DNA of 44,105 nucleotides from Perkinsus olseni (Eukaryota): NCBI GenBank assembly GCA_013115125.1, contig JABANN010000276.1, positions 1 to 44,105 of the forward strand, read 5' to 3'. Shown piece by piece: positions 29,491 to 44,105 of this stretch (position 1 is its first letter; each line of letters starts with the position of its first letter). The notes under the pieces were generated by a model. It saw only the letters and a program-made list of their open reading frames with translations, ran no database searches and was not told where the DNA came from. The position numbers and the translations under genes were made by a program.

Positions 29491-32400
29491 TTAATCCCGT
29501 CTCATATAGCTGTATATAACAGTAGCAAAATACGTCAACATCGCCAAACGTGGCACGCATATATGATACTTTGATGACGCTTTATTCCGTTCGGCTATGC
29601 ACTCCAACGTCTTCTTTTCACGTGGATCGTGGACTAAATCTTCGGTCAACTTCTCAGATACCATCCTATCATGTAGTTTACGGGCTTGTGTTGAATCTAT
29701 GGTACCATCACGTAGAGCTCGTGCCCATCTCGTCCGCTCATCAGAAGTCTCATCACTGCTCTCGTCACTCTCTGAGACGGGCTGGTCGAGACGATCGTGA
29801 TTAACAAACTTCCGAAGATGTGTTACGGCCTTCTCGAACATCACACCCTCCCAGTACACCTTTCCACACCCTCCACACACGTAAAACTTATTATACAACT
29901 TTAACGTCATAGGATGAACCTGAGATACTCCTTGATTCTCCGTCCTACTGCCACGGCTCTAGCAATTACCTGACCCTTCACCATGTCCTTATCGGTTGTT
30001 ATGATCCAGTCCCTAGCGTTACAAGAGACACATCTCCCAAGGAGAGAATCTGGATCCACTTCAACGGCGAACTCCTGCATCACTGCCGAAAGCTGCTGGT
30101 CTATTGTATTACACAACTCAGGCAGGACGTAGCATCTGCATCATGACCGGTAGTACACGTCATCAGTTGGCTGCAGCTTCCCATCCTCCTACTTCACACC
30201 TTTACACCATCTCCGTTTGCTGATCTTAGTCCGATAGTTCACTACGACTGCTCGATGCTGCGTTTCAGCTATATACTCCAGAGGGGCAGGCTCACAGGAG
30301 TCCAGCTCTAGCGTATCCACCCCTAGGCCACGTAATTTACGTACTAAACGCCCCATTCCACCAGGGCATACGAGCTTTGGCTCATCCCCGTTGAAGTACG
30401 ATGGCCAGGCAACCTATCGACATACAGCATCATATCGGTCCAGAATCCACACTATTCCAGGGTCTTGCCTTTTCTTCGTCTTCCTCTTCATCCAGGGCAG
30501 GGGGTAGATTGCTTTGCTTCTCCAAACTGCCATCGTTGTGATATGAAGATGAAGTATTCTCGCGGTGTTCCCGGCGCCTAGCAAAATGGGTCCCGCGATA
30601 TGGGTGAACCGTCTCCTACAGTGAAGATGAGTTATCGGAGTTACAAGAGGCTTCCTCCTCGACATCGCGTTCCCCAGCCGACGCCCTCGAAGCTCGCGGA
30701 GTAACGGTGTTCGATATCGGGGCACGGCGTCGTCTGGTAACATTGGCATCCCACAACTAATCATTGCGACAAGAGTCGGATATGAGCGCATGAAGACCGA
30801 TACTCACATCTAGGTCCGGATCGATGCTGTTCTTGATCTTCTCGATACACTTCAGGAGCACAAGGGCATCGAGTGATGCGTACTCTACTTGCCGAGGGGA
30901 CAAAGGCCGTTTACGCCAGTTGCTCATGCGCATCACTTTAGAGAGTGGTTTCCCCAGAAAGTACTTCACGACCTCTGTAAGCCCTCTCTGATGCTTGCTG
31001 GCACCTTTACGAGGTGGTAAGTAACTGTATGGGAGATGATCGTGATGGGCATGATAAGATGTGACGCAAGGAGCATCACCTATCAACTAGGTTATTTAGA
31101 TCAACGATACGGTGGGGTGTTATCCCACCCTTATCGCCGTCGGCTCCCATTCCTGAGTTCCTCAATACACGCAGGTCACCAGCTATTCCGAACCCCACTA
31201 CTATTATGGCCTTGGATTCGACAAGGCGACCTGAACACAATAGCACTCCAGTGATACTACAGCACGGCAATGACATGATAGTACCTATCTCATTGAGTAG
31301 ACCATGCTCACCATGATAGATATCGACCAGGTATACATCGTGAGGGGTAGCGAGTTGTACCAGATCAGTTGCATCACAGGTAGAGTCCAATACTAAACGG
31401 AAGGCAGACCATTCAGAGTCCAGGCCAATGATGCTCCTGAAGGGGATGCTAAGACAAGCACAGAGTCGGATGGCTCTTGTGGCCTACCGCTCAGCCTCCC
31501 ACCGGTTGATAAGCTTTTGTAGCTCACCCACAGTAGTGATAACATGAACAGAATTCTGGAGTCGGCCTCGGTCACACACGCCAAAAGCTTCCCCGAGGGA
31601 TAGATGATCCTCCTCTTCCCTTTGAAAGAACTACGAAAAATAACATCTAGTTAGTGGTCGAAAGAGCAGTGAGAGGCATCGATGAACTGAAACCTTAGAG
31701 CATCCCTTACCTTCGCATTCTCAGCCTCATACTGTGCTTCAAGCTGTATCGCATCCTTCTGGAGCTCCTCTATCTGCTCTTTGATACTGTCCATACCATC
31801 TTCCCACCTCTCGATATCATTCTCCGGGAAGGCGCGATAGAATGCTATCGCTAGCCAGGTATGCCCGACATCGATGAGCTGCTCACACCAGAATTGTTGA
31901 AGAGAAGGTCGGCCTGTGACCAATACAATGAGTGACTCTCTCGGAACGTGTATTACCCTCTAGCTCCTCCGTTCCTATATAGGATTCAAGATCCACATCC
32001 CCACTTGAGATACACCATCGTATCTTTTTACGATAGTGTGCTTCTGCTACTGACGGGAAGTCCTCTTCGGTCATACCAAAGCTCTGCATTGCCTTCACAG
32101 CTTGCTTTATCAAACCACGCTGTTCCATACCTGGGGGCATACCTGACGCTACTGCCACGTTGGAGGTCCTACCTTCGATGAGGAGCTGTCGGATTCTCGG
32201 GAAATTGTCTGCTTTGAAAAGACGTGACACGTCATCCGTTCGGCCCTGCCCCAGGAGCCTGTCCATAAACTCATGGAGCTGTTCCTCTGGTATCCACTTG
32301 TCCCCTAGCTGCACGGATAAACGGATGCTTTGTTATTTGGGAGTGATGATGCCCTGGCCACCTCAGTGATCGACAATGCTTGAGCAGCCTCCCTAGCCTT

Positions 32401-33453
32401 AGACTTGTCATGGCTCGCCATCATCCCCAGGATCCACGCCCTAACGAGATCATGTTATGCGTACACCCATCCTTAGCGTATTACTCGAGAATCTCATTTT
32501 CCAGGACAGGCTGGGATGCCTCCACAGCATCATCAGTGGCATCATCAGCACAGTCGTCACTGCATTCATGCGTCGATTGTGAGTTGCCCCTCAACTGGAA
32601 GTATTGGAGCCACGACCGTAAATCACGGCCGACTGGTACGCATCCTTCCAGTACCTTTATGCCTGCAGGTGTGAGAAAAAAGCGATGGAGATCTTTGCTC
32701 ACCGCAGAAGCGGCCTTTTGCCGTAGCTGTAGGGAACCCGGTAAACCAGCGGTGTCCATGCTGCTGACCATGGCGTTGACTAGATGGCGTACCTATCATC
32801 AAGTTCACCCACACGCTTTGCCCGAGAGTCTATCCTAAAGGCTCGGACTACCTGCCCCTGAGCAGCAAGGGTTACATCGACAACCCAATCAGGATCAACA
32901 CGGCCCCACGGCTTCAGTAACCGTGCCTGAGGATGAAGCCGTAGGTCCCTGTGAAAAAGGTGCCTTGGCCCTACGATAGTTCCCGGGCTCTGCTTTCCTC
33001 GTAAGCTCTTAAGGAGTGACAACGTTCCACTACAGTCTCTGACTCTGTAGGCGTGGAGGAGTTCCTCGCCCAAAGCGCTCTCACTGGCCATCGCCTGCTC
33101 ACTGCTACGGACAACCACCCACGTTTCTTCATGTTCTCGCATGACAGTCACTACTTCATCTTCTTTCCACTCCGAGAATCATTCCTGGGTGTACCTCTAC
33201 TGCTTGCCTTGTCCGCTCCGCTACGGTGTCCGTGAGCTGATCTATGCCCCATCCGACAGGACATCCTCTCTCGATATTGCATTGCCTGAGCATACAGCTC
33301 ATTCAGATGATGTGCGGGCTATAAGACCGGTACCATCATAGCGAGCAGCCCAATCGTAATCAGCTTCACAGGGGATGATGTTTGTGAATCCTCAGATGGC
33401 AGCGATGCTAGTATCAACTCCTGATTCCCGTACTTCTCACTAGATGCGGACAT
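29491..33453 (-). CDS. EXD3: EXD3/Mut-7/Nibbler-like DEDDy 3'-5' exonuclease with Mut7-C domain
   Basis: IIGLDSEW (ExoI), LVQLAT, GDLRVL, LGKPLSKVMRMSNWRKRPLSPRQVEYASLDA (ExoIII); RLVRKLRGLGVD; GRCVSCN and FYVCGGCGKVYWEG zinc ribbon. Confidence 0.9.
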
Positions 33454-33700
33454 GACGTTGGAACAGCAACGTTCACACTATGAACGCTTCTAGAGAACTA
33501 CAGAGAAAGTCTGAGATCGTTATTATGATAAAAGTCAGACTCGTTTTTTGTGCGATACTCAGGAGCTAGAGACCAGCGAGCCTGTGAACGGCAGCACCCA
33601 CTGACAACCCAAGGCCTAACGACAGCACAGTATCACTCAAGGACCAGTAGAACAGGGATTGAAAAGCGAGGATGATGAAAGCTGATATACCAGGCGAGAA

Positions 33701-35404
33701 CTAGATATCCTTCTTCCTTCCAGAGAATAACGCATTGTCGATGTCGGCGTCAGTGAACCCCACACGGCAAACTGGACACTTGAGGGTAATATCGTAGCCC
33801 GATGAGCTCCCCTCGGATGTTTCATTTCCTCGACTATGGTCCACCATGGACTTGAAACTACACAATGAAAGCAGCATAGAGCGGAAGCACCAGTATATCT
33901 GAGTACTCCACGGCAGTACTACCAGGATCGATGGAATAGCTCCGGGCAGTCCGGTGATATCCCACATAAGACATTTTCATACGTTTCGATAGCGCACCTG
34001 CAGATCGGGCACTTGGGCTTGCATCGCCAATATGAGCAGTTCTCAATGACCTGATAATAAATACAGCAGAAGAGTAGGAATTACTGTGATCTGTAGTATG
34101 CCCCTTGCTGCCCACTGCCCACGTTGTTCTCATTCTGCAGGCAGAATAGCCTCTCCCCTACAGGGGCCTCATACAGGATGTCATAGTGTCCCGGTTTGAA
34201 TAATAGTATGGCATCCCAGTGCTCTGCCCCTTCAGGAGCAGATCGCCCAACAGGTAAAAATCTACAGCAAATATAACTAGACCGGGGCACCAGCAACGGT
34301 GACTCCAAGTCACTACTCGTATCTTTGCAATGCGTTATCCATACTCCGATCTAGTTGTACTGATAAAAACCTGACATTTAGGGCGGACGCTGCTAGGATC
34401 ATGGCCAGGGACTCAGCCTGAAAAGGACCCACACTAGTGATGCCTTTTCCCTTCGACACATACAACACTCCTCCTTCACCTGCTACATCATGCTGTACTA
34501 CCTCCTGACCATCGGTCCTGATCTCCCTATCCAACCACTCATCAAAGCTTATGGCATCACTGCTAGCTAGCGCAGCCTCCGCCAAGGGCATACCGCTGAC
34601 CTGGGGTGAGATGATACGGCCGAGTGCAGGTAATGATGATGGTGATGGTGGACTAGCCTTTCAAGATCACCTCCATATCTGGATTCTCTACAGCGTATTG
34701 ATAGGTCGCTAGTCGGACCAGGGCCACGATACCATGATCCACGGTCTTGTCATTCAGAACCTTGGCAGGACGTAAGAATCCTCCCAAATCATCACAGAGC
34801 AATCTCATACCTCGTTCCAGAAGCGGAGAGGGCTATCAGTATAAGAATAATTGAGGAAATCTTGGTCTACACGATGATGGTATCCCTCCTCATCCTTTTG
34901 CAGTAGACCATGCCAACTACCACTGACTTTCTCAGTACGCCGAGCTAGAGCGAGGGCATGATGGATGAACTCATGGAACTTGTCGATATCTCCATCCAGC
35001 TGAGTCAAGGAGGAACGCTGTAAGGGTGTACATGATTGCAGTGTAGTGAGGTGTTATCGAGTTACAGAGGGGAACCATAGACCTTCTTACTAGCATCCTC
35101 TCAATAATAGTTGTCCCTAGAGCACGGTAGAAGCAGTTACCGTCTCCACGTACTCGACGCCAATGAGTGGCATCAACCTAATGATGATGATAATCATGTT
35201 ACACATAATGGTGAGGGCCTTACCACCGCATCCGATTACCTTCTCAGCCATGAGTCTGATCTTCCGCTGATGGCCTTGAGAATGGGAGAACTCCTCAGCA
35301 AGTGTCGCGAGAGGTTCGATGAAGCCTAGACCATTCGACTTGCTTGGCAACACTTGCTGATCATCGTCATCATTTCCTATTGGGCCATTGTAGAGGGTGC
35401 TCAT
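33701..35404 (-). CDS. otubain-family (peptidase C65) deubiquitinase with C-terminal C4HC3 RING-like finger
   Basis: WRRVRGDGNCFYRA; LLFKPGHYDILY; then CPIC-x11-C-x5-C-x4-H-x2-C-x26-CPVC. Confidence 0.88.
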
Positions 35405-35609
35405 AGTGTACTTAGTTGTTGATAGTAATAAAAATAGGCTACACTACTATGCTTGAATATGAGTATGGTACGGAAGCATATTGACCGGACCACAACAACA
35501 CGATAGAGTGAATAATGAAGAGACAATGGCTACCTTATGTGCTTCGTCCGAGGTAATGATGATGATGATAGTATTGGTAGTGCAATTATTAACGTAATCG
35601 ATCCCTGAA

Positions 35610-35657
35610 GCTGTGGCTGATGCTGTGGCTGATGCTGTGGCTGATGCTGTGGCTGAT
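35610..35657. repeat. 12-bp tandem repeat (GCTGTGGCTGAT) x4
   Basis: Four perfect copies between the SR gene stop and the otubain start. Confidence 0.95.
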
Positions 35658-35761
35658 GGTCAATGGTGCGGTATTACAGAGTTTGGCTCATAGTAAGACA
35701 TCGTGCACCGGTATGGCCATCATACCAACGGAAGCGGCGGACGACAACACACAGCAGCTTA

Positions 35762-37047
35762 TCAATCACCACGACGATCATCGTCATTTCGCGAAGTACT
35801 ACGGCTATCTTCACGTCTACGACTGGTACGTTCCTCGCTATATCGACTACGGCTACGACTATCGTCACGACGCCTTTCATAAGGGGAGCGGGAGCGGTCT
35901 CTGAGGAAAAACAAGTGCATGCATCATGTTAGACGTTGAGTTTGCATCAGTGTCACCCTATACCTGGAGTTTCTCCTGTCGTCCCTTGGAGAGCCTCGAC
36001 GATCACCCCCATATGGAGAGGTACCCGAGGGGCCGGAGCTCCCGTAACGGCTACTTTCACCGCCATAACGGTCATCATAACGGTCGTAAGGACGGTCACT
36101 GCCATAGCGTCCACCACCATAGCCACCGCCGTATCCACCTCCATAGCCACCTCTTGCGTAACCCTTACCCCTGAGAGAGGCGGAGTAGCCAATCGTGGAG
36201 AGGAGTAAGAATGCACCCTTTACCCCTTGCCGAAGCTACTCTCCTTATTATACATGGCAGGGGCTACAGTAATACGGCACCCTTGGAACTCCTTATTGTC
36301 CATATCACGGACAGCATCTTCAGCATCACGACGCTCATAGAACTGATCAGGCAGTGGTAGAGCATAAGAGGATGTATTAGATGAAGCCTACTTACCCTAA
36401 CGAAGCCAAAGCCTCTACTGACGCCGGTGTATCGATCAACTGGGATGAAGACATCTCCTATCTCACCAAACCTGAAGCAGAGTTGGTGATTAATCCTTGT
36501 TTGCCTGTATCCACTTGGATACGAACAGAATAAGAGACGTGTGTCCTTCGATGACCTGGCGATATCCTACTGTATGCAACAGCAACCGCACAAGCCGCCG
36601 CCGCCGCCATCACAGCGCAGCGAAGAAGAGGAGGCAGAATCACAGGATGAGCAGCCGCAGATGCTGGAATGTCAGCAGCAGCAGCGGGAGCAGCAGCAGC
36701 ATAAACGGGCGCTGGCTATGCAGATCCTAGAGTGATATCTTGCAGCCTTGTGATGATCATAGCTGGTTATGATGAACCCCTCTAGCTGTAGTCATCACGA
36801 CGGCTGTCAACTGGTCCTCCTGCTGCTGCTCCTTTAAGGATCCACTGCCCTCTTTGACGTGTTTCCATTTCGGCCCATAGCTATTATCCATCCGCATGTG
36901 TATTACTTCGAGAACTCCTCCCGTAGATCATCCTTTCGCACCCTTTCATCGATACCATCAACCTGATACCATACCTTAACGAGCGTGATGGGGATTATAT
37001 GACCATACCTTGATACTAAAGAGATCGTTGAGCTGTCCAATATTCAT
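35762..37047 (-). CDS. SC35/SRSF2-like SR splicing factor (RRM + Gly/Tyr-rich + RS region)
   Basis: FSIKVDGIDERVRKDDLREEFSKFGEIGDVFIPVDRYTGVSRGFGFVRFYERRDAEDA; GGYGGG repeats; RSRSP/RS tail. Confidence 0.92.
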
Positions 37048-37174
37048 ACTGCTTCCAACGATGAGGAGAGAAGGGGGAATACCAAGTTAACTACAAACCA
37101 CAGCCAACCCATCCTCCCCGAGATTGTAGCCTACATAACACGGGAGACGGTGTTTGGTAGAAAAACGTAGACGA

Positions 37175-37632
37175 CTAGGATGATTGGCGCTGGAGTGTGG
37201 ACGCTGGAAGAGGAGTAGGGATGGGCCCGGTGCGTAGAGGATGTGCTACACGTGCTGATAGCGTCCCTTCTGTCCTAACCACTTGGTGCTCTGATGCCTT
37301 CAACACTTCGCCTTCTTCTAGTGGTCTCAAGCACGGTATCTTCTCTGCCTTGCGTCTATTCCATGCATGGGTATCACCTTTAACAGCGAGATACTCCTGA
37401 GCATCGGCGGCTAGGTATCTACAGATGAGCATCGACATGTGGGGGATATGAGCAGCAGCAGCAGCAGCAGCAGCAGCATCAACAGCAGCAGCAGTGCTTA
37501 CATATTCAAGGGATCATGGAAGAAGTATCGATACAATCCACGAGCCTCCACCGTCACCCCAGTCATCGCTGACTCGTTAGCGGGTTGCGGACTCTCATCA
37601 TGTGCTTCTTCCCCCTCCGACGACGACGACGT

Positions 37633-37697
<65 letters not shown>

Positions 37698-39450
37698 TTG
37701 ATGTTGAAGGATTTGGATGAGGGATAAGTCCGTCCGTGATGGTATCGGTTATGGCTGACTCGAACTGTTTACTCTCCTCCAGAGTGAAGTTATCACGGAT
37801 GACTTTACGTAGTGCATCGATATCAACGGCGCGATACCTGCTCGAGGAGGAGGGATCCGAAGGATATCAGAGCTCTCCCATTAATGTGGTGTATTACGGT
37901 GATTTCTTCAATGTAGAGTAGATATACTCGGACACCCGATCCTCACTGAGCTGGTCTGCTGCTGCTGCTGTTGCCGCTGCTGCTGCTGATGACGATGTTG
38001 AGCTGGAGGACTGGTCTTCATCTTCACATCCTCTACGTAGGTANNNNNNNNNNNNNNNNNNNNNNNNNNNNNNNNNNNNNNNNNNNNNNNNNNNNNNNNN
38101 NNNNNNNNNNNNNNNNNNNNNNNNNNNNNNNNNNNNNNNNNNATGCTGACCTAGAATACTACGGAGCTGGGGCTGCTGCGGCTGCGATTATAGATTCGGG
38201 TTCCGCACTATTACCATTTGCCGCTGCTGCTGCTGATGACGATGTTGAGCTGGAGGACTGGTCTTCATCTTCACATCCTCTACGTAGGTAACTAAAAAGT
38301 ACTAGGTGATGGTTCGTAACGCCACAGGCATAATGAGATTCTACGCGCCTCCCCTGTTGTTAAGAGAACTGGTAATAATAATAGGCATCATCACTGGTAT
38401 ATCACCAAATTGCTACTGCTTACACATTGTTGCCTGGGATGAAGAGGTCCGTCAGTAGAGGCAGCTCATGATCGGGGTTCACACCATTGGTAGCAAGATA
38501 TGTCCTGGCAGTGTCCAAAGGGTAGCGCCTTTGAGGGCAGCTCCTGAAGGGTATAAGCGTGATGAGGGATGATTCAAGCAAAGGGCCGCCGCCGCCCTAC
38601 TCGGGTGTGCTCAGCATTGTGACGAGGTTGTTAGCCACCTCTGCTCTATTCACACTGAATCGGCACCAATTGTTGGAGTTGTTGGTCATCTCCTGCGTCT
38701 TGGCTTCCTCACTCCTCTCATCATCTTCGGGCCAGGCTACCACACCTTCTAGGGATTGTCGTAAGAACATATACTCAGGCTCGTAGAACACTCTGGGTAG
38801 CCGCCCGAGCACCTCACGTAGTGGTCCTAACCTGAACCACGCTATATGAGATTAGTGGAGGGAGAGTAAATGAGGATGGTTGATTGAAGAGGGGGATGGA
38901 CTACCCAACTACCTCTCTTTTTTCTCAGAGTTCTTCCCCCAGTCCAGCTGTCTCATGAGTTTATCAACAGTAGCGTTACTTCCAAGGTCACGTATTAGGT
39001 GCTCTATCTGATGAAGATGGTGCAGGTGGCGTACAAGTCCACACCTCCGATAGAATCCGTGCTTGACGTTACCTGTTTCATGAGGTCCCTCGGTATATAG
39101 GACTTCTTCCCCTCTCCCTCATCATCCTCTACAACCTTTAGTGCCTTCGTCTTTCGCAGTGCCTGATTACTACTCCTTTTATAAGCTACCAGTATCACTA
39201 CCACTAATGGTGGTATGCTGTGCAAAACGACGTCTCACCAGTTCCATTCCAGAATGTGGGCTACACCACATGACCTCATCCTTAAGGATATTCCATAAGA
39301 CTTTGGGTTGTATAGGGATACAGCCACAGAGATGTATCTGTTGGAGGCTATAGGATAGAGGTGATAGCCGGAGTCCCTATCACTAACTTACCAAGTACCT
39401 GGTCTTCACCGCATGAGCATCACTGAGGTACAACAGTTCACGAACGGTAT
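37175..39450 (-). CDS. hypothetical multi-exon protein spanning the assembly gap (start uncertain)
   Basis: Exons join in frame: ...DLFIPGNN|GRRVESHYAC...YLRRGCEDED...LKKSP|YRAVDIDALRK..., poly-Ser, ...RYLAADAQEYLAVKG. Confidence 0.6.
37618..37703. repeat. (GAT)n microsatellite, poly-Ser in the minus-strand gene
   Basis: About 20 gat units with gac/gtt flanks. Confidence 0.95.
38044..38142. other. assembly gap (99 N) with duplicated flanks
   Basis: 37971-38043 equals 38218-38290; 38143-38216 equals 42999-43072. Confidence 0.97.
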
Positions 39451-39710
39451 GAACGAGATGGGACAATGGACAATAAGAAACCAACTGAGAAGATGAAGCA
39501 ATGTGTTCACTATGGACTGTAAATGAATAGCGATAGAGGACGGCTGAGTGCATCTCTCGGTGATAGCGCTGGCAGCAGTGGGCAGCAGACAGGAAATTTT
39601 CTTCCGGTGATGATACTCGGCATTACTAGTCCTATCTCATGATAACTAATCCACGGATGAGGGTCTTCTAACTAGTAATTTGAGACCACCTCTAAGCTAC
39701 TGCACCATCA

Positions 39711-41025
39711 TCATCTGTACCAACGTGTTGTTGCTATTCTGTTCGTATAGGTTACATCGAGACTCAGAGGGCATGCCTCATAATAAGCAGCTTTTCTCTG
39801 CTTGTAGGTTTCCTCTGCCTCGGCTCTGAGCTCCGCTGTAGTCTTGGCTTTGCTACTGCTGCTGCTGCCGCCGCTACCACCATTGGCCTGCAAGACAGCA
39901 AAAAGTCCTCAGGGTCCACATAACACTACACAGTTCCTTCTTGCCCACTTTGCCTTTATCCGTGCCAGTGTCCGGCTCTCCATCTCTTTCGATCGGTTCC
40001 CGGAATACATCTCTTACAAGGGCCCCAGATGGTGTAGTGTACAGAGGGCCATAGCTTGCTCTAAGCTCTTTGTCCATAGTCCGTTCGATATCCGATCGTA
40101 ACTCTTCTGCAGTAAGCCTCTTGCTCATAGCAGACCTTACCCTTCTTTCTACCATCTCCTCGTCCGATAATGTACCATCACCTGCTCACTCATCCTTATA
40201 CCCGTACTGCCATATATTCGCATCAACATGACCTATGCTCAGTGAAATGCCACTCCCCTCTTTGGACTTGTCAGCTGCTTTCCGACGTGAATGATGCATG
40301 GTGCCAGGAGCAGGAAAGGACTCCAGGAAGTGACGAGAGTCGACAGGGAATTTACCAGCATTTTGTCGTACCTCAACGCGGGATATAGCAGCTACTCCGC
40401 CTCTTGCTAGTATTACTACTTACTATATCGATACACTTATCCACATCATCATCCGACATGTCTTTGAAGAAGACATCACACTCAGCTAGGGCTGCCTTGA
40501 CCTCAGTTGCTCCTGCTCTTGAATGATCAACATCTTCTGTGAACCAACTTTCGAACTGAATTATAGCAACACCGGTGGGTGATAAGCCTCGAGTGATCAT
40601 GATGACGATGCTGACGATGATGATAGAAACGGGCTTACATAGGTGGCCCTGTCTTCAGGATCTAGTGCTGCTAGACTATACACCGTCTCGAAGCCTCTAA
40701 AGGCAATCTTATCCTCATCCATTGTAGGGTTCAGACGGCCTTGATTGACAGGGTCCTCTACAGCATTTATACTCCGATAGACCTCATCCCAGTACTGCGT
40801 AGGAGACGTGTACTCTCCAGCGTCCAGCCGCTGTGATACGTACCTGATAATAATACATAGACCGCACAGTAGGTAATGGTGGTAGTGAGCAATGCTCACT
40901 GAGCATGTATATTACCCTAGATATTTCCGCATCAAGGGGTTACTGGTAGCTCGAGTCAGCTTAGCTACTACACCCTTACACCAGGTAGCAACCTTGGGTA
41001 CAGTGAGGATATTATCGACATCCAT
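39711..41025 (-). CDS. hypothetical protein with weak bromodomain-like N-terminal segment
   Basis: Several spliced ORFs; VSQRLDAGEYTSPTQYWDEV resembles the bromodomain alphaA-alphaB stretch. Confidence 0.5.
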
Positions 41026-41228
41026 GTATTAGGGAAGCCCTTTAAGCGACTAAGAGCAATGATAAGTCCTACTCAGGTCGAGGAAGATGTACTAACATCA
41101 TCGTACCATACATATGACTCAACATAAAGGATCACATGAGAAACGGCATGTTGACAAAAGTAGATGACACTCACAGTTATTGTTGGTGAGGAGGGATGAG
41201 CAACAGAGCCGACACCTGTGTGGATACA

Positions 41229-44030
<2,802 letters not shown>

Positions 44031-44032
44031 TA

Positions 44033-44105
<73 letters not shown>
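44033..44105. repeat. (TAG)n microsatellite, probably intronic in Vps34, running to the window end
   Basis: About 24 perfect units. Confidence 0.97.

Noticed and set aside
35610-35657. Repeat as a CRISPR-like array
   Set aside because: Contiguous 12-mers with no spacers in a eukaryotic context
35620-36208. His/Tyr-rich and Thr-rich plus-strand ORFs, including MLWL repeats
   Set aside because: Antisense frames of the SR gene's Gly/RS region and of the 12-bp repeat
36670-36800. Box C/D snoRNA in the SR intron (GTGATGA...CTGA on the minus strand)
   Set aside because: No terminal stem or recognisable rRNA guide; the C-box-like sequence lies inside the hairpin arm
37439-37720. Plus-strand ORF with poly-Ser and poly-Asp
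   Set aside because: Antisense shadow of microsatellites within the minus-strand gene
44033-44105. Terminal repeat as a telomere
   Set aside because: Trinucleotide microsatellite inside the incomplete Vps34 gene, not a TTAGGG/TTTAGGG type

Overview
Gene-dense eukaryotic nuclear DNA with many short (~35-70 nt) GT-AG introns. The intron style and a Plasmodium-type thioredoxin reductase C-terminus suggest a Perkinsus-like alveolate (inference). Recognisable genes in order: TMEM65-GAF/EF-hand fusion, CMS1-like, SRAP/HMCES, C2H2 zinc-finger protein, SMYD-type SET methyltransferase, LRR protein, methionine aminopeptidase 1, thioredoxin reductase, outer dynein arm docking subunit (ODA1/ODAD1), probable ATG14/UVRAG-like protein, EXD3/Mut-7 exonuclease, otubain fused to a C4HC3 RING, SC35-like SR protein, and the 3' part of Vps34, plus several hypotheticals. 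Most genes from 5.2 kb onward are on the minus strand. The most notable observations are the otubain-RING fusion, the TMEM65 fusion, a 4.85-kb head-to-tail junction at the N-gap that would create an in-frame Vps34-kinase chimera, an ATG14 candidate near Vps34, and a long hairpin-containing intron in the SR gene. Splice models were read by eye; coordinates are whole-gene spans and family calls come from remembered motifs, not searches.
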